A stretch of 64,000 nucleotides of DNA from Limisphaerales bacterium (GCA_050949405.1 JBMNFQ010000001.1:168166-232165); one strand, 5' to 3'; counted from the first letter of the stretch, positions 10,430 through 20,353 are shown. The notes: generated from the sequence alone by a model not told the origin. Numbers and translations are program-made.

Positions 10430-11680
10430 ATGAGTATTATTCTAAGAAGTCGATTGTCCCTGATGATGTTCATCCAATACGTTATCTGGGGGTTATGGTA
10501 TTCAACACTGGGCGCTTTCATGACTCATAAGGGGTTCTCCTCCACGGAAATCCCGCTGGCGTACGCCTCCACGGCCATCGCCAGCATGATATCGCCCTTC
10601 TTCGTCGGGATGGTGGCAGACCGCTTTTTTGCGACTGAAAAAGTTATGGCCACTCTCCATTTCCTCGGTGCAATCTTCGCGATAGCCGCCGTCATGCAAA
10701 GCTCCTTCCCTCTCTTTTTCTCCTTCCTGCTGATGCATACGGTCTGCTATATGCCGACCTTGCCCCTGGCCAACTCACTCTCTTTCAAACAGCTCTCAAA
10801 CCCGGGTGAACAGTTCCCCACAATCCGCGTCTTTGGCAGCATTGGATGGATTGCCGCAGGCACCATCATCTCTCTGCTCAAGTTTGACAAAACGGAAGGG
10901 ATGTTCTACACAACGGCCTGCTTTGGAATCGCCATGGCCGTCTACTGCCTGACACTCCCGCACACCCCAGCCGTAAAGAGTGAAAAAGGAGTCTCTGCCC
11001 GCGAAATTTTGGGACTCGATGCACTGGCCCTGCTCAAGGACCGCAACGTCCTCATCTTCATGATCGGCTCCTTCCTCACCTGCATCCCCCTGACCTTCTA
11101 TTTTTCGGCAACGGGGATTTACCTGGGTGATAACAATATTCAAAAAATCGGTGCCATGATGACCATCGGCCAGTGGGTCGAAATGGGCTTCTTCCTGGTC
11201 ATGCCCATCCTGTTCAGAAAACTGGGCGTCAAGAGAATGCTCCTGCTGGGTATGCTCTGCTGGGCGTTGAGACTCGCCTGCTTTGGTTTTGCGGATGGAA
11301 GGGATCTCCTCTGGATGATCATCTTCGGTATTGCTCTGCATGGCATGGCCTATGACTTCTTCTTTGTCACCGGCCAGATATATATCGATAAACGCGCCCC
11401 CGAAGCAATCCGCAGCTCTGCCCAGGGTCTCCTCTATTTCCTGACTCTCGGTGCAGGCATGCTCGCCGGTAACCTCGTATTGACCCTGGTCAATGCACGC
11501 TTCAGCAAGGTTGTCGAACAGCTTGGAGCTGATGGTCTTCTCAAAGAGGTCACCGTCTATGACTGGCCCAGTATCTGGTATATAGCCGCCATCATGTCGG
11601 CAGCCGTCTTCCTCATGTTTGCCCTGGCTTTCAAAGACTCCAATCCGGAGAAAGAACAGAAAGCCCCGGACGCTAACTAA
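10430..11680 (+). CDS. Nucleoside:H+ symporter-like MFS transporter (NupG/YegT family)
   Basis: RLSLMMFIQY, GMVADRFF, FPTIRVFGSIGWI and LHGMAYDFFFVTGQIY motifs; about 12 hydrophobic helices. Confidence 0.9.
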   Translation: MSIILRSRLSLMMFIQYVIWGLWYSTLGAFMTHKGFSSTEIPLAYASTAIASMISPFFVGMVADRFFATEKVMATLHFLGAIFAIAAVMQSSFPLFFSFLLMHTVCYMPTLPLANSLSFKQLSNPGEQFPTIRVFGSIGWIAAGTIISLLKFDKTEGMFYTTACFGIAMAVYCLTLPHTPAVKSEKGVSAREILGLDALALLKDRNVLIFMIGSFLTCIPLTFYFSATGIYLGDNNIQKIGAMMTIGQWVEMGFFLVMPILFRKLGVKRMLLLGMLCWALRLACFGFADGRDLLWMIIFGIALHGMAYDFFFVTGQIYIDKRAPEAIRSSAQGLLYFLTLGAGMLAGNLVLTLVNARFSKVVEQLGADGLLKEVTVYDWPSIWYIAAIMSAAVFLMFALAFKDSNPEKEQKAPDAN

Positions 11681-11700
11681 GAAGCGCTCTTTCTAAAGCC

Positions 11701-11738
11701 AAACACCCTCCGGAAGAAATTCTTCCGGAGGGTGTTTT
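11701..11738. terminator. Bidirectional terminator between the MFS gene and the convergent znuB
   Basis: Inverted repeat AAACACCCTCCGGAAGAA / TTCTTCCGGAGGGTGTTT. Confidence 0.8.
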
Positions 11739-11753
11739 GTCACTGAAAATCGG

Positions 11754-12578
11754 CTAATTCTGCTTATAGAGCTTCTGGATGGAGTGGAACCCCACACTCA
11801 GAATAAAGAGAGTTATCGCGGTCAGGACAATCAGCGGGCCACAGGGAAGATCAAAGTAATAGGCACCCACCACGCCCAGCCCGCCTGAGATAAGCCCCAT
11901 GAGAACGCTTAACAGCAGATGCTGCCGCAGGTTGGAGGTAACGTTGCGGGCGGCCGCAGCCGGAATAATCAAGAGCGCAGTGACCAGGATAATCCCCAGG
12001 AGCCGTACACTCAAAGCGACCGTAAAGGTCAGAAGCAGCAAAAAGAGATAGTTCAAAGCCTTCACCCGCACACCCGATACCTGCGCCAGCCCTTCATTGA
12101 GCGTCAGGAGAATCAGCGAACGCATCTTGTAGAGAATGAAGCAGCTCCCCAGCCCCGCAATCAGAGCCCCAAACCAGACCTGCGCAGGCCCCGTCGCCAA
12201 AATATCACCAAAAAGATAACGATGCAGCTCGCCACGGTAGCTTTTGAGCATGCTCAAAATCACGACACCAACCGCAACCGAGCCCGAAAGCAGAACCGCC
12301 ATGATCGTATCAGTCAGCAGCTTCGTATTTTCTTTGAGCCAGATCACCCCAAAAGCAATCAGCAGACTGAAAAGGATTTGCGTCAGAGTCGGATCACTCA
12401 ACCCCCACCAGAAGCCCAGAGCCACTCCGGTCAGGGAGCTGTGAGCCAATGTTTCGCTGAAAAAAGAAAGCTTGCGGGCAGTCACGAAGACCCCCATCAG
12501 TGCGCAGAAAGGCCCCATCAGGAGAGCCATCGCGAGCGCTCTCTGCATAAAGGCCTCTGAAAACATCTCCACTATCAT
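11754..12578 (-). CDS. znuB: Zn/Mn ABC transporter permease (ZnuB-like)
   Basis: FMQRAL, ETLAHSSLTGVA, YLFGDILA and GIILVTALLIIPAAAA (ABC-3 family). Confidence 0.85.
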   Translation of the reverse strand: MIVEMFSEAFMQRALAMALLMGPFCALMGVFVTARKLSFFSETLAHSSLTGVALGFWWGLSDPTLTQILFSLLIAFGVIWLKENTKLLTDTIMAVLLSGSVAVGVVILSMLKSYRGELHRYLFGDILATGPAQVWFGALIAGLGSCFILYKMRSLILLTLNEGLAQVSGVRVKALNYLFLLLLTFTVALSVRLLGIILVTALLIIPAAAARNVTSNLRQHLLLSVLMGLISGGLGVVGAYYFDLPCGPLIVLTAITLFILSVGFHSIQKLYKQN

Positions 12579-12581
12579 CGC

Positions 12582-13415
12582 CTAGTCTTTCATCTTGAGT
12601 ACCGCGGAGCCTGAGGACCCCTGATGCTGATGCTTCTCTTCGTCTCCATGATGATGCTGGTAGTAGGATAGCTCCCTTCCATAAAGCTGGGCCAGGCTCT
12701 GCCCGGCCAGGACCTCCCGCGGCGTCCCCTGGCAGCAAATCGAGCGGTTGAGCGCATACACCCGAGAGGCATGTTTATAAACCATGGATAAATCATGAGA
12801 AACCAGAAGCACCGTCAAATGGCGCTGCGTATGAATCTTGCCGATCATTTCATAAAAGCTCTCCTCCCCCGGTGCATCCACCCCGGCTGTCGGCTCATCC
12901 ATGAAAAGCACTTCGGGCTCCTTCAGCAACGCGAAGGCGATCATCACCCGCTGGAACTGCCCACCCGAGAGCTCAGCCACCGAGCGCCCAAGCAAATCCT
13001 GAATCCCGATCTCCTCTACCGTTGCTGCAAGCAACTGATCCACCCTCCTTTTGGAAAACCACGGCCAGCGAATCCCCTTCAGATGAAGCGAGAGAAACTC
13101 CCGAACGCTCAAGGCGAAACTGGGGTCCGCCACCAGCCGCTGCGGAACATACCCCACCCGTTGAGAAACCTCCCTGAAAGCATCGCACCCCAGAATCCGG
13201 ATAGAGCCGCTCTTTGCAGGGAGAAGCCCCAGCAGAGCGCGAAGAAGCGTTGTCTTGCCGGCTCCATTGGGACCGATTAAAGCCACCGCCTCCCCCTGCA
13301 ATATCTGCAGGCTGATATCCTCCAGAACGGGTCTCCCCTCCAGATTTACGTAGAGGCCAGCCGCCTCAATAGCCGGCGTTTGACTGCGGGCATGTTTCTC
13401 ACAACAGGTTGCCAT
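12582..13415 (-). CDS. znuC: Zn/Mn ABC transporter ATPase (ZnuC-like)
   Basis: GPNGAGKT, LSGGQFQR, DEPTAGVD and SHDL motifs; His-rich tail. Confidence 0.85.
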   Translation of the reverse strand: MATCCEKHARSQTPAIEAAGLYVNLEGRPVLEDISLQILQGEAVALIGPNGAGKTTLLRALLGLLPAKSGSIRILGCDAFREVSQRVGYVPQRLVADPSFALSVREFLSLHLKGIRWPWFSKRRVDQLLAATVEEIGIQDLLGRSVAELSGGQFQRVMIAFALLKEPEVLFMDEPTAGVDAPGEESFYEMIGKIHTQRHLTVLLVSHDLSMVYKHASRVYALNRSICCQGTPREVLAGQSLAQLYGRELSYYQHHHGDEEKHQHQGSSGSAVLKMKD

Positions 13416-13426
13416 CGGCTCTACGC

Positions 13427-14392
13427 TTACTTTAACGACTCCAGGAGCGAACTGAGGTTCTCCTTCATCATCCGCTCGTAGGTATCCCTGCCAAGCGGCT
13501 GCTCATCAAGCGTCTCCAGAGTCTCGAGCTTGCCCAGCCTGATATTCCCATCCCGTGCCAGCCGCTCGGCCAGCCGGTCAGGGCTCTTGCTGGGTAGGAG
13601 AATCGCGACAACTCCCTCATCCCTGATCTTTTTCAGAAGAGCCGCCAGGTGACGCGGCGAGACATCCGAATCAGGAACCTGCTGCAATACACCGGCACAC
13701 TTCAACCCATAGCGCCGGTTGAAGTAGGAAAAAGCGTCATGCTGCGTATAAAACGGTTTATCCTGAACCCCCTTCAACCCTTCCTTGAGCTCCTTATCCA
13801 GTTGGTCAAGCTTGCCGCTGTACGCCTCCGCATTCTTTTGAAATAGAGCCGCATTCTCGGAGTCCATCTGCCCCAACTGCTCCGCGATCATCGCCACGCA
13901 CTCCTTCGCCAGAACAGGGTCCAGCCAGATGTGCGGGTCATACTGACCATGCTTGTGGTCATTGTGGTCATCGTGATCAGCATCATGGTCATGGCCATCA
14001 TGCTCAGCCTCTGAATCAGGGTGCTCACCTCCCTGGCCATAAGGAATCAGCCGTTTTTGGTCCAGCCGCTCCCCCAGGCTCAAAGTTCGGACTCTCTTTT
14101 TCAGGGAGCCATTTTCGATCATCGTCTCCAGCCACGGCTCCAGCTCCAGACCGATATAAATGACCAGGTCCGCCGCGTTGAGTTTTCGCAAGTGACTGGG
14201 AGTCAACTGGAATTCATGCGGGCCCACAGTCCCCTCCATCAGGTTCTCCACCTGAGCCGCGCCAGAGGCGACGGAAGCGCTCCAGCAGTAGACGGGAAGA
14301 AAAGTCGTAACGACTTTGAGTTCAGCGGCCTTTGCCGAGAGGGCAAGAGTAGCCAGCAACACGGTTGCCAGGGATGTTTTCCAGAGATTCAT
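13427..14392 (-). CDS. znuA: Zn ABC transporter substrate-binding protein (ZnuA-like)
   Basis: Signal peptide, PHEF, long His/Asp loop, DPHIWLDP and HDAFSYF motifs. Confidence 0.85.
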   Translation of the reverse strand: MNLWKTSLATVLLATLALSAKAAELKVVTTFLPVYCWSASVASGAAQVENLMEGTVGPHEFQLTPSHLRKLNAADLVIYIGLELEPWLETMIENGSLKKRVRTLSLGERLDQKRLIPYGQGGEHPDSEAEHDGHDHDADHDDHNDHKHGQYDPHIWLDPVLAKECVAMIAEQLGQMDSENAALFQKNAEAYSGKLDQLDKELKEGLKGVQDKPFYTQHDAFSYFNRRYGLKCAGVLQQVPDSDVSPRHLAALLKKIRDEGVVAILLPSKSPDRLAERLARDGNIRLGKLETLETLDEQPLGRDTYERMMKENLSSLLESLK

Positions 14393-14409
14393 CGCTTAGC
14401 CTTTTCTAA

Positions 14410-14426
14410 TTGCAAATCGTTTGCAA
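14410..14426. promoter_or_regulatory. Palindromic operator upstream of znuA (candidate Zur/Fur-family box)
   Basis: TTGCAAA-TCG-TTTGCAA inverted repeat about 18 bp upstream of the znuA start. The regulator identity is inferred. Confidence 0.6.
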
Positions 14427-14491
14427 ATAAACTCTACAAAAAAATCCTTCCACTGGCGGGAATGGATTTTTGCACGCAGGGTGCCCCCTGC

Positions 14492-14758
14492 TTACTTCAT
14501 CAACAGCATCTGACGAGCACGCTTCACCGAGCGGGAAAGCTTGCGCTGAAAAGCGGCCGGCAACCCGGTATATTTTCTCAGAAGGATGCGGCCGTGATCG
14601 GTCACATATCTGCGAAGCAGGGTTACATTCCTGTAATCAAGCTGGTCAATGGTAAAATCTACCTTGGGTTGAGGACGCGGAGTCCGGCGTTCCATCGGAC
14701 GGCCGCTTGAGTTGCGTCCACCCCTTTTACTTCTATCGGTATTGGTTTTACGAGGCAT
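14492..14758 (-). CDS. rpsR: 30S ribosomal protein S18 (Cys-free form)
   Basis: LDYRNVTLLRRYVTDHGRILLRKYTG...QRKLSRSVKRAR. Confidence 0.95.
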   Translation of the reverse strand: MPRKTNTDRSKRGGRNSSGRPMERRTPRPQPKVDFTIDQLDYRNVTLLRRYVTDHGRILLRKYTGLPAAFQRKLSRSVKRARQMLLMK

Positions 14759-14765
14759 ATTTCTA

Positions 14766-14930
14766 CTACTTAATTTCTCTGTGCAAAGTGCGGCGTCGCA
14801 GATACTTGTTGTACTTCATCATCTCGACCCTCTCGGTTTGGAGTTTCTTGTTCCGGGAGGTCTGATACCGAGTCGGGGCTTTCCCCTCTTTGCGGGCCTC
14901 CGTACATTCTATGGTTACAATTTCACGCAT
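14766..14930 (-). CDS. rpmG: 50S ribosomal protein L33 (not in ORF track; 54 aa)
   Basis: Manual translation: [54 protein letters not shown]. Confidence 0.93.
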   Translation of the reverse strand: MREIVTIECTEARKEGKAPTRYQTSRNKKLQTERVEMMKYNKYLRRRTLHREIK

Positions 14931-14974
14931 GATAACTAATCAAGCCAAAAAAAAGTTTATCGTTATTCTCTGTT

Positions 14975-15817
14975 TTAGGCAAGCTTATCTTCTCCCTCAT
15001 CGTCATCATCAGATGAAGAACGGGAATCCGAATCATCCGCTGAAGAGGTCAAGTTTCCCAAGTCACCCAGACGGCGACGGTTTTTTCCACCCTCTTTTTC
15101 CAAAAGGACCTGGGATTCGACCGTATAACGTGCCCAAGGGATCGCATCCAGTCTACTCTTGGGGATTGGCTTGCCTGTCATCTCACAAACCCCGTAAGTC
15201 CCTTTTTGGATCCGCTTGAGCGCCTGCTCCACTTCATAAAGTGCGTCGCGGTCGGCAGAAAGCAAACTCAAAGCAAAATCGCGATCAAAGTGGTCGGTCC
15301 CGGCATCGGCCATGTGCATCCCAAAGCTGGATATCTCCTGAGCCGAGTGCTCTGCCAAACCCAACATCTGGTTCTTCAGCCGTTTACGAAGCCCAAAAAG
15401 ATTCTTGTAATATTTAACCCATTGAGGCTTGACCCATTCAGGCGGCACTTCCGAAAAAACAGACTCTTCACTGCTCGCAGGCGCCCCAAAAAGAGATGCC
15501 AACGAGGCACGCGGAACCACCCTGGTAGAAGGAGTCACTTCTGCCTTAGGCTCCTCTTCCACTTTCTTGAGGACCTGCTGGGCCTTGGCCTCCGGCTTCT
15601 CCACCGGTGCCGTTACGGAAGTTTTCCTGGCCGCAGACTTCTTCTCTGAAGCTTTGGAACCTTTTGCCCTGGAGGCACTTTTTTCCTTCAATGACTTTTC
15701 AGTCGCACTCGAGACCGGGGTAGAAGCCACTTTGTCCAAAGGTTTAGCTTTCGGCTTTTCAGAAGCTTTCTTCTTATTCACCGGGCTCTTCTCCGTTGTT
15801 TTTTTCTTAGTACTCAC
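14975..15817 (-). CDS. TraR/DksA family transcription factor with Lys-rich N-terminal extension
   Basis: Coiled-coil tip HMADAGTD and ALKRIQKGTYGVCEMTGKPIPKSRLDAIPWAR; only one Cys of the C4 finger is present. Confidence 0.9.
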   Translation of the reverse strand: MSTKKKTTEKSPVNKKKASEKPKAKPLDKVASTPVSSATEKSLKEKSASRAKGSKASEKKSAARKTSVTAPVEKPEAKAQQVLKKVEEEPKAEVTPSTRVVPRASLASLFGAPASSEESVFSEVPPEWVKPQWVKYYKNLFGLRKRLKNQMLGLAEHSAQEISSFGMHMADAGTDHFDRDFALSLLSADRDALYEVEQALKRIQKGTYGVCEMTGKPIPKSRLDAIPWARYTVESQVLLEKEGGKNRRRLGDLGNLTSSADDSDSRSSSDDDDEGEDKLA

Positions 15818-15929
15818 TGAATACCCTTCCGGTTAAAAATGAATTTCTCTCAAACTCCCGACAGGGAACTCCTGCTCTCCACAGGAAGGCTAAGCATACT
15901 GATACTTTTTAAAAAATCCACCTTAATTT

Positions 15930-16397
15930 TTAAAAATCTTCAGTTCCGCTTTTTCTCCTTTTTTGGCGCCAGCCACGAAGAAAACTCAACCCGGTCACCC
16001 AAAGAGCGATCTCGCTAAAAAAACAGAACCGCCCCCCCTCAAAAGTGAGCGACCAGAGACTATAAAAATAGGCCAAAAAGAGCCCAAGACTAATCCAGGT
16101 ATCCGAGCATACCTTCCATTTTTTAAGCTCTCTCCAGCCGATATGGTAGAAGCGCGCACTCACAACCCCGATAACGGGCGTCGCTATGGCAAACTCCACC
16201 CAGCCCCAATACTCCCAACTGCCACTCTTTAGACCCCACTTAAAGAACAGCAACAGCAGAACCGGTCCCAGCCCCAGCCAGCCGGCAAAGCTCCAAGGCA
16301 TAAAGACAGGCGGCTCTTTTTTCTTTTTTGGAGGCGGCGGCGACTCTTGAGGCTCGCCGGAGGATGCTTCTGGTTGAATAACGGGGGGAGACTCCAT
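15930..16397 (-). CDS. Small membrane protein resembling the N-terminal TM segment of P1B heavy-metal ATPases
   Basis: WVEFAIATPV...RFYHIGWRELK...DTWISLG...AYFYSL...FFSE aligns by eye to the CopA/ZntA leading helices. Start taken at MESPP to avoid overlap with the upstream gene. Confidence 0.6.
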   Translation of the reverse strand: MESPPVIQPEASSGEPQESPPPPKKKKEPPVFMPWSFAGWLGLGPVLLLLFFKWGLKSGSWEYWGWVEFAIATPVIGVVSARFYHIGWRELKKWKVCSDTWISLGLFLAYFYSLWSLTFEGGRFCFFSEIALWVTGLSFLRGWRQKRRKSGTEDF

Positions 16398-16425
16398 TTT
16401 CTTTAATACGCCATGGAACCCAGTC

Positions 16426-18960
16426 TCATCGTTGCAATGCCGGAGAGAGCAACCGTCTGACTTTGGCCAGGGCCTCAGCCTCCATCTGCCGTTGTAAAAA
16501 CTCAATCACCTGGCGGTTCAGGTCCGGCGTATAGTGATTATAATCATCGCGCAGCTCATAGAAGAACTTCGAAGAGCTCTCCAGAAGCGAGTAGATACGG
16601 GAAGCTGAATCCAGACAGCGGGTCAAATTCTCCTCAGAGTTGACCGCATCCTCCTTGAAGGCGATAACCCAGGCGGCTCGAGGGGCCACCAGCCCCAGTA
16701 TTTCATTAAAATCATACGGTATCCTCCGCTCATGCTCCTCAAAGGCTGCCAGCCGCGGTGCCAGAAGTGGAGACTTCACCCAGCGCGAAATACCACCCAG
16801 CCGCCCTCCGGGCTCATTGATGCGCATCGGCGCAAACCCGCCCACAGAGACCACCCCGGCAATCCCCGGGTCCATGGCCGCTGCATACAGCGCCGCCATC
16901 CCGCCCAGATCATAACCCACCAGATAGATTTTCCCCGTATCGGCAAAAGGTATCTTGCCTATCGCATCCACCGCCAGCGATATATCCTGAACCATTTTCC
17001 CCAGAAGCGACCATTGGGGGTAGCGCTCATAGAAGTTGCGCGCCTCCTCAATGCGGGTGCCGCTGCCTGCCGGGTCGAACACCACAACGAGGAATCCGGA
17101 AAGCGCCATCTCGAAATAGGGCGGCACACCACGCAGCTCCGAGCAGGTGTAGCCACCGGGCACCGAAAAACCAGGCTGCCAGATAACCACCGGCAGGTTC
17201 GTCTGAGCGGTGTCACCCCCCTCTTCAAAGTAAAAATCGGCATGAACACCGTTACCCAGGCGGATTCCCCCTTTGAGGATTGAAGGCGGTGCATTGGCGC
17301 GCCGCATCAGGGCCGCCACCTGCAGCGGCTCAGAGTCAAACTCCGGCTCTTCCAGAAATAGCGGCGGAGCATCCCCCATCCCCCACTCCAGATGCTCTCT
17401 CATTTCTGAGCGCCGAATCTTCCAGTTATCGTTTGAAAAAACGGGATTGCCCGAGGAAAAAGAGAGGATATCGGCATAGCTCTTTTCAGGGTAAGAAAGA
17501 GGATTCGGCTTTTCAAGCCCGCCTGCACTCTCAAGCCACTTCTCATAAGTGGGATAAAAAGAGCTCTGCAGATCAAATGTACGCCTGCGACCCCACTGAA
17601 ATTCAAGCCAGTCCAATGCTTTTTCCCGCTCTTCTCGGGTGAAGCCTGCGCCGGCAACTTCCTGCAAGAAAAGCCGCCGCACATCCGCCCCCAGCTTCAG
17701 ATAGGTCTTCTGGAGTAGCTGCAGCGCCTGCTCATTACCCCAGAGGCTCTCGGCCGGGTCGTTCCTGAGCGTCGCCACATAGAGCGCTCTGGGGGCTATG
17801 CAGGCCGCCATATCCGTCTGCTCAAAAGGGAGGTAATGTTCGCGGCCGGAGAAGAATCGCAGCCGCGGAGTAAACCACTCCGGATGCTCCCGAGTCAGAC
17901 CCTCAATGCCACCGCCCATCTGCATCTCCGATAAAGTCCGAAAAGGAGTAAAGCCGGCCAGCCCGGGAGAAAAAGCGATGGTTGCCGAAATCCGAGCATC
18001 CGCAGCGGCAGCCGTAATCGCCGCTTTGGCGGAAAACCCCTCACCAGCAACCGCGATACACCCCCGGTCCACCTGTGGATATTGAACCAGATAATCCACC
18101 ACCCGACGCATCATCCATGCTTCACGGCAAAGGTCGCCCCAATCGGCCATCGCCCATTGAGCCAGCGCGCGAACCGAGTTGGTCCCCTCCCCTGGCTCCA
18201 AAATCGATTTCTTATCCAGCCCCACCCCCGGCCAGTAGCGGCAGACAATAAACCCACGGCTCACCGAAGCTTGCGAAAACTCCTGCGTCGCCTGGCTCAT
18301 GCTTCCATCGGGCTCCGATGGCAATACCACCACCGGCGTATACCGGCGCAGCGACTCTTGGGGGAAAAACATCTCCACGTTAATCTGCGCCTTCACATCC
18401 TCACCCATATTGAGAACCCCTCTTTGCGAAAAACAACGGAAGGATTCGCTCCGGCCCGGGTGAACCTCTGCCAGGACCTCCCCGGGTGCCGGCGGTGAGG
18501 AGCCCAGCACCCACCAGGTGTAGAGCCCCAGTATTTCATTGCGGCGGCCATTCCAGATTTTAAAAAGAATGTCGCTGGGCATTGTCGGCGTTACCAGCAG
18601 ACCACGCAGCGGATCGGGGAGCAAAGGGGTGGGAAGCGAAAAATCGGGGTCCTCCAGCTCCTTGGGGAATTTCTCCAGCTCCAGTGTCAGGCTCTTAAAG
18701 TCCGGCGGCAGTTCCCGTCTCCTCGCTTGCCATTCTTCAAAGGATTCCACCGGCGGAATCCACTTTTTCAATTCTTCCCAATAGAGGTTGCGCCGAGTAA
18801 AAGCTTCCCGCTCCAGCCGAGCCGCGGCCTGGGGGTCCAGTTCCGGAGCCGCTTTTACCTCTGCGCTCTGCACGGCATAAAGGTTTACACTCAAAGAAAG
18901 CAAAACAACCCAAAGAGCAACCCCCAGCATCCCGCTCCAGTTATTTAGAGAGTTCCTCAT
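16426..18960 (-). CDS. Secreted tandem alpha/beta-hydrolase-fold protein (CE15-like + dienelactone-hydrolase-like)
   Basis: GGAGG RBS before ATG 18960; signal peptide; AWMMRRVVDYL...VDRGCIAVAG, LPFEQ...IAPR, and a second domain WSLLGKMVQD...KIYLVGYDLGG. Confidence 0.75.
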   Translation of the reverse strand: MRNSLNNWSGMLGVALWVVLLSLSVNLYAVQSAEVKAAPELDPQAAARLEREAFTRRNLYWEELKKWIPPVESFEEWQARRRELPPDFKSLTLELEKFPKELEDPDFSLPTPLLPDPLRGLLVTPTMPSDILFKIWNGRRNEILGLYTWWVLGSSPPAPGEVLAEVHPGRSESFRCFSQRGVLNMGEDVKAQINVEMFFPQESLRRYTPVVVLPSEPDGSMSQATQEFSQASVSRGFIVCRYWPGVGLDKKSILEPGEGTNSVRALAQWAMADWGDLCREAWMMRRVVDYLVQYPQVDRGCIAVAGEGFSAKAAITAAAADARISATIAFSPGLAGFTPFRTLSEMQMGGGIEGLTREHPEWFTPRLRFFSGREHYLPFEQTDMAACIAPRALYVATLRNDPAESLWGNEQALQLLQKTYLKLGADVRRLFLQEVAGAGFTREEREKALDWLEFQWGRRRTFDLQSSFYPTYEKWLESAGGLEKPNPLSYPEKSYADILSFSSGNPVFSNDNWKIRRSEMREHLEWGMGDAPPLFLEEPEFDSEPLQVAALMRRANAPPSILKGGIRLGNGVHADFYFEEGGDTAQTNLPVVIWQPGFSVPGGYTCSELRGVPPYFEMALSGFLVVVFDPAGSGTRIEEARNFYERYPQWSLLGKMVQDISLAVDAIGKIPFADTGKIYLVGYDLGGMAALYAAAMDPGIAGVVSVGGFAPMRINEPGGRLGGISRWVKSPLLAPRLAAFEEHERRIPYDFNEILGLVAPRAAWVIAFKEDAVNSEENLTRCLDSASRIYSLLESSSKFFYELRDDYNHYTPDLNRQVIEFLQRQMEAEALAKVRRLLSPALQR

Positions 18961-19018
18961 TTTTCCTCCAGGCATAATACCATTACAAACCACACGCCGA
19001 GCCCTCAGGAGTAGCACG

Positions 19019-20353
19019 TCAAAAGAGGCCTTTAGCCGGATTAAACTTACCCATCATCTTCTGGAACTTGCCCATCTTCTTCATCATCTTCTGGAGCTGA
19101 CCAAACTTGTTGAGCATGTTGTTCAGCTCGGTCACCGTCACGCCGGCCCCCTTGGCAATACGTTTGCGGCGGCTGGCATTGAGCACTTGCGGTCTTTCAC
19201 GCTCCAGAGGGGTCATGGAGCAGATCATGGCATCCATATGGATAAACTCCTTCTCACTTCGGCTCAAATTAGCGCCCTGGAGCATGTTCGCTCCACCCGG
19301 AAGCATCCCGACGATGTTTTCCAGCGGCCCCAGTTTGCGCATCTGTCGGAGCTGCTCGCGAAAATCAGCCAGGGTAAACTGACCCTTGCGGACCTTCTCC
19401 TCCAGCCGAAGGGCCGCCTCCTGGTCCACCGTCTCGGCCGCTTTCTCCACCAGGCTCACCACGTCGCCCATTCCCAAAATACGGGAGGCCATCCGCTCCG
19501 GGTGGAACGGCTCAAAGGCATCGAGCTTCTCCCCCGTACCGGCAAATTTAATCGGCTTGCCGGTGACCCTGCTCAAACTCAGAGCCGCTCCGCCGCGCGC
19601 ATCGCCATCGAGCTTCGTCAAAATGGCACCGGTAATATTAAGCGCCTCATCAAAGTGCTTGGCCACGTTCACCGCTTCCTGACCCGTAGCGGCATCCAGC
19701 GCCAGGAGAACTTCCCGCGGTTTCACCAGCTCACGGAGCCGCACCAGCTCCTGCACCAGCGGCTCATCAATCTGCAAGCGGCCGGCCGTATCAAAGATCA
19801 CCACGTTGGCACCCAGGCTCCTGGCATGGTCCAGCGCATGGGCCGCTATTTTGAGTACATCGGTCTCGCCTTTCTCCACCCAGACGGGGATATTGACCTG
19901 TTTACCCACCGTGTCGAGCTGGTCCATGGCCGCCGGACGGTAAACATCGGCCGCGACCAGAAGCGGTTTTTTGCCCATCCGCATCAGGTAGCGCCCCAGC
20001 TTGCCCGCAGAGGTCGTCTTGCCCGAGCCATGAAGACCGCAGAGAAGGATACAACTGGGCACCGCATCCAGAAGAAGGCCAGAGTGCGCCGAGCCCAAAA
20101 GCTTCACCAGCTCATCATGGATAATCTTGATGACCTGCTGCCCCGGCTGGATACTCTGAATCACCTGCTGCCCAATCGCCTTTTGCCGAACCTCCTCAAT
20201 AAATTCACGTGCCACCTTGAAGTTGACGTCTGCCTCCAGAAGCGCCATCCGTACCTCCCTCAGCGCGTCCGACACGTTGGAATCGCTGATTTTCCCCATC
20301 CCTCGCAGGTTTTTGAACACCTGCTGTAATTTTCCGCTTAAAGCATCAAACAT
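19019..20353 (-). CDS. ffh: Signal recognition particle protein
   Basis: Starts MFDALSGKL; GSGKTT, DVYRPAA, DTAGR, TKLDGDARGGAA and RILGMGD motifs; Met-rich tail. Confidence 0.97.
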   Translation of the reverse strand: MFDALSGKLQQVFKNLRGMGKISDSNVSDALREVRMALLEADVNFKVAREFIEEVRQKAIGQQVIQSIQPGQQVIKIIHDELVKLLGSAHSGLLLDAVPSCILLCGLHGSGKTTSAGKLGRYLMRMGKKPLLVAADVYRPAAMDQLDTVGKQVNIPVWVEKGETDVLKIAAHALDHARSLGANVVIFDTAGRLQIDEPLVQELVRLRELVKPREVLLALDAATGQEAVNVAKHFDEALNITGAILTKLDGDARGGAALSLSRVTGKPIKFAGTGEKLDAFEPFHPERMASRILGMGDVVSLVEKAAETVDQEAALRLEEKVRKGQFTLADFREQLRQMRKLGPLENIVGMLPGGANMLQGANLSRSEKEFIHMDAMICSMTPLERERPQVLNASRRKRIAKGAGVTVTELNNMLNKFGQLQKMMKKMGKFQKMMGKFNPAKGLF

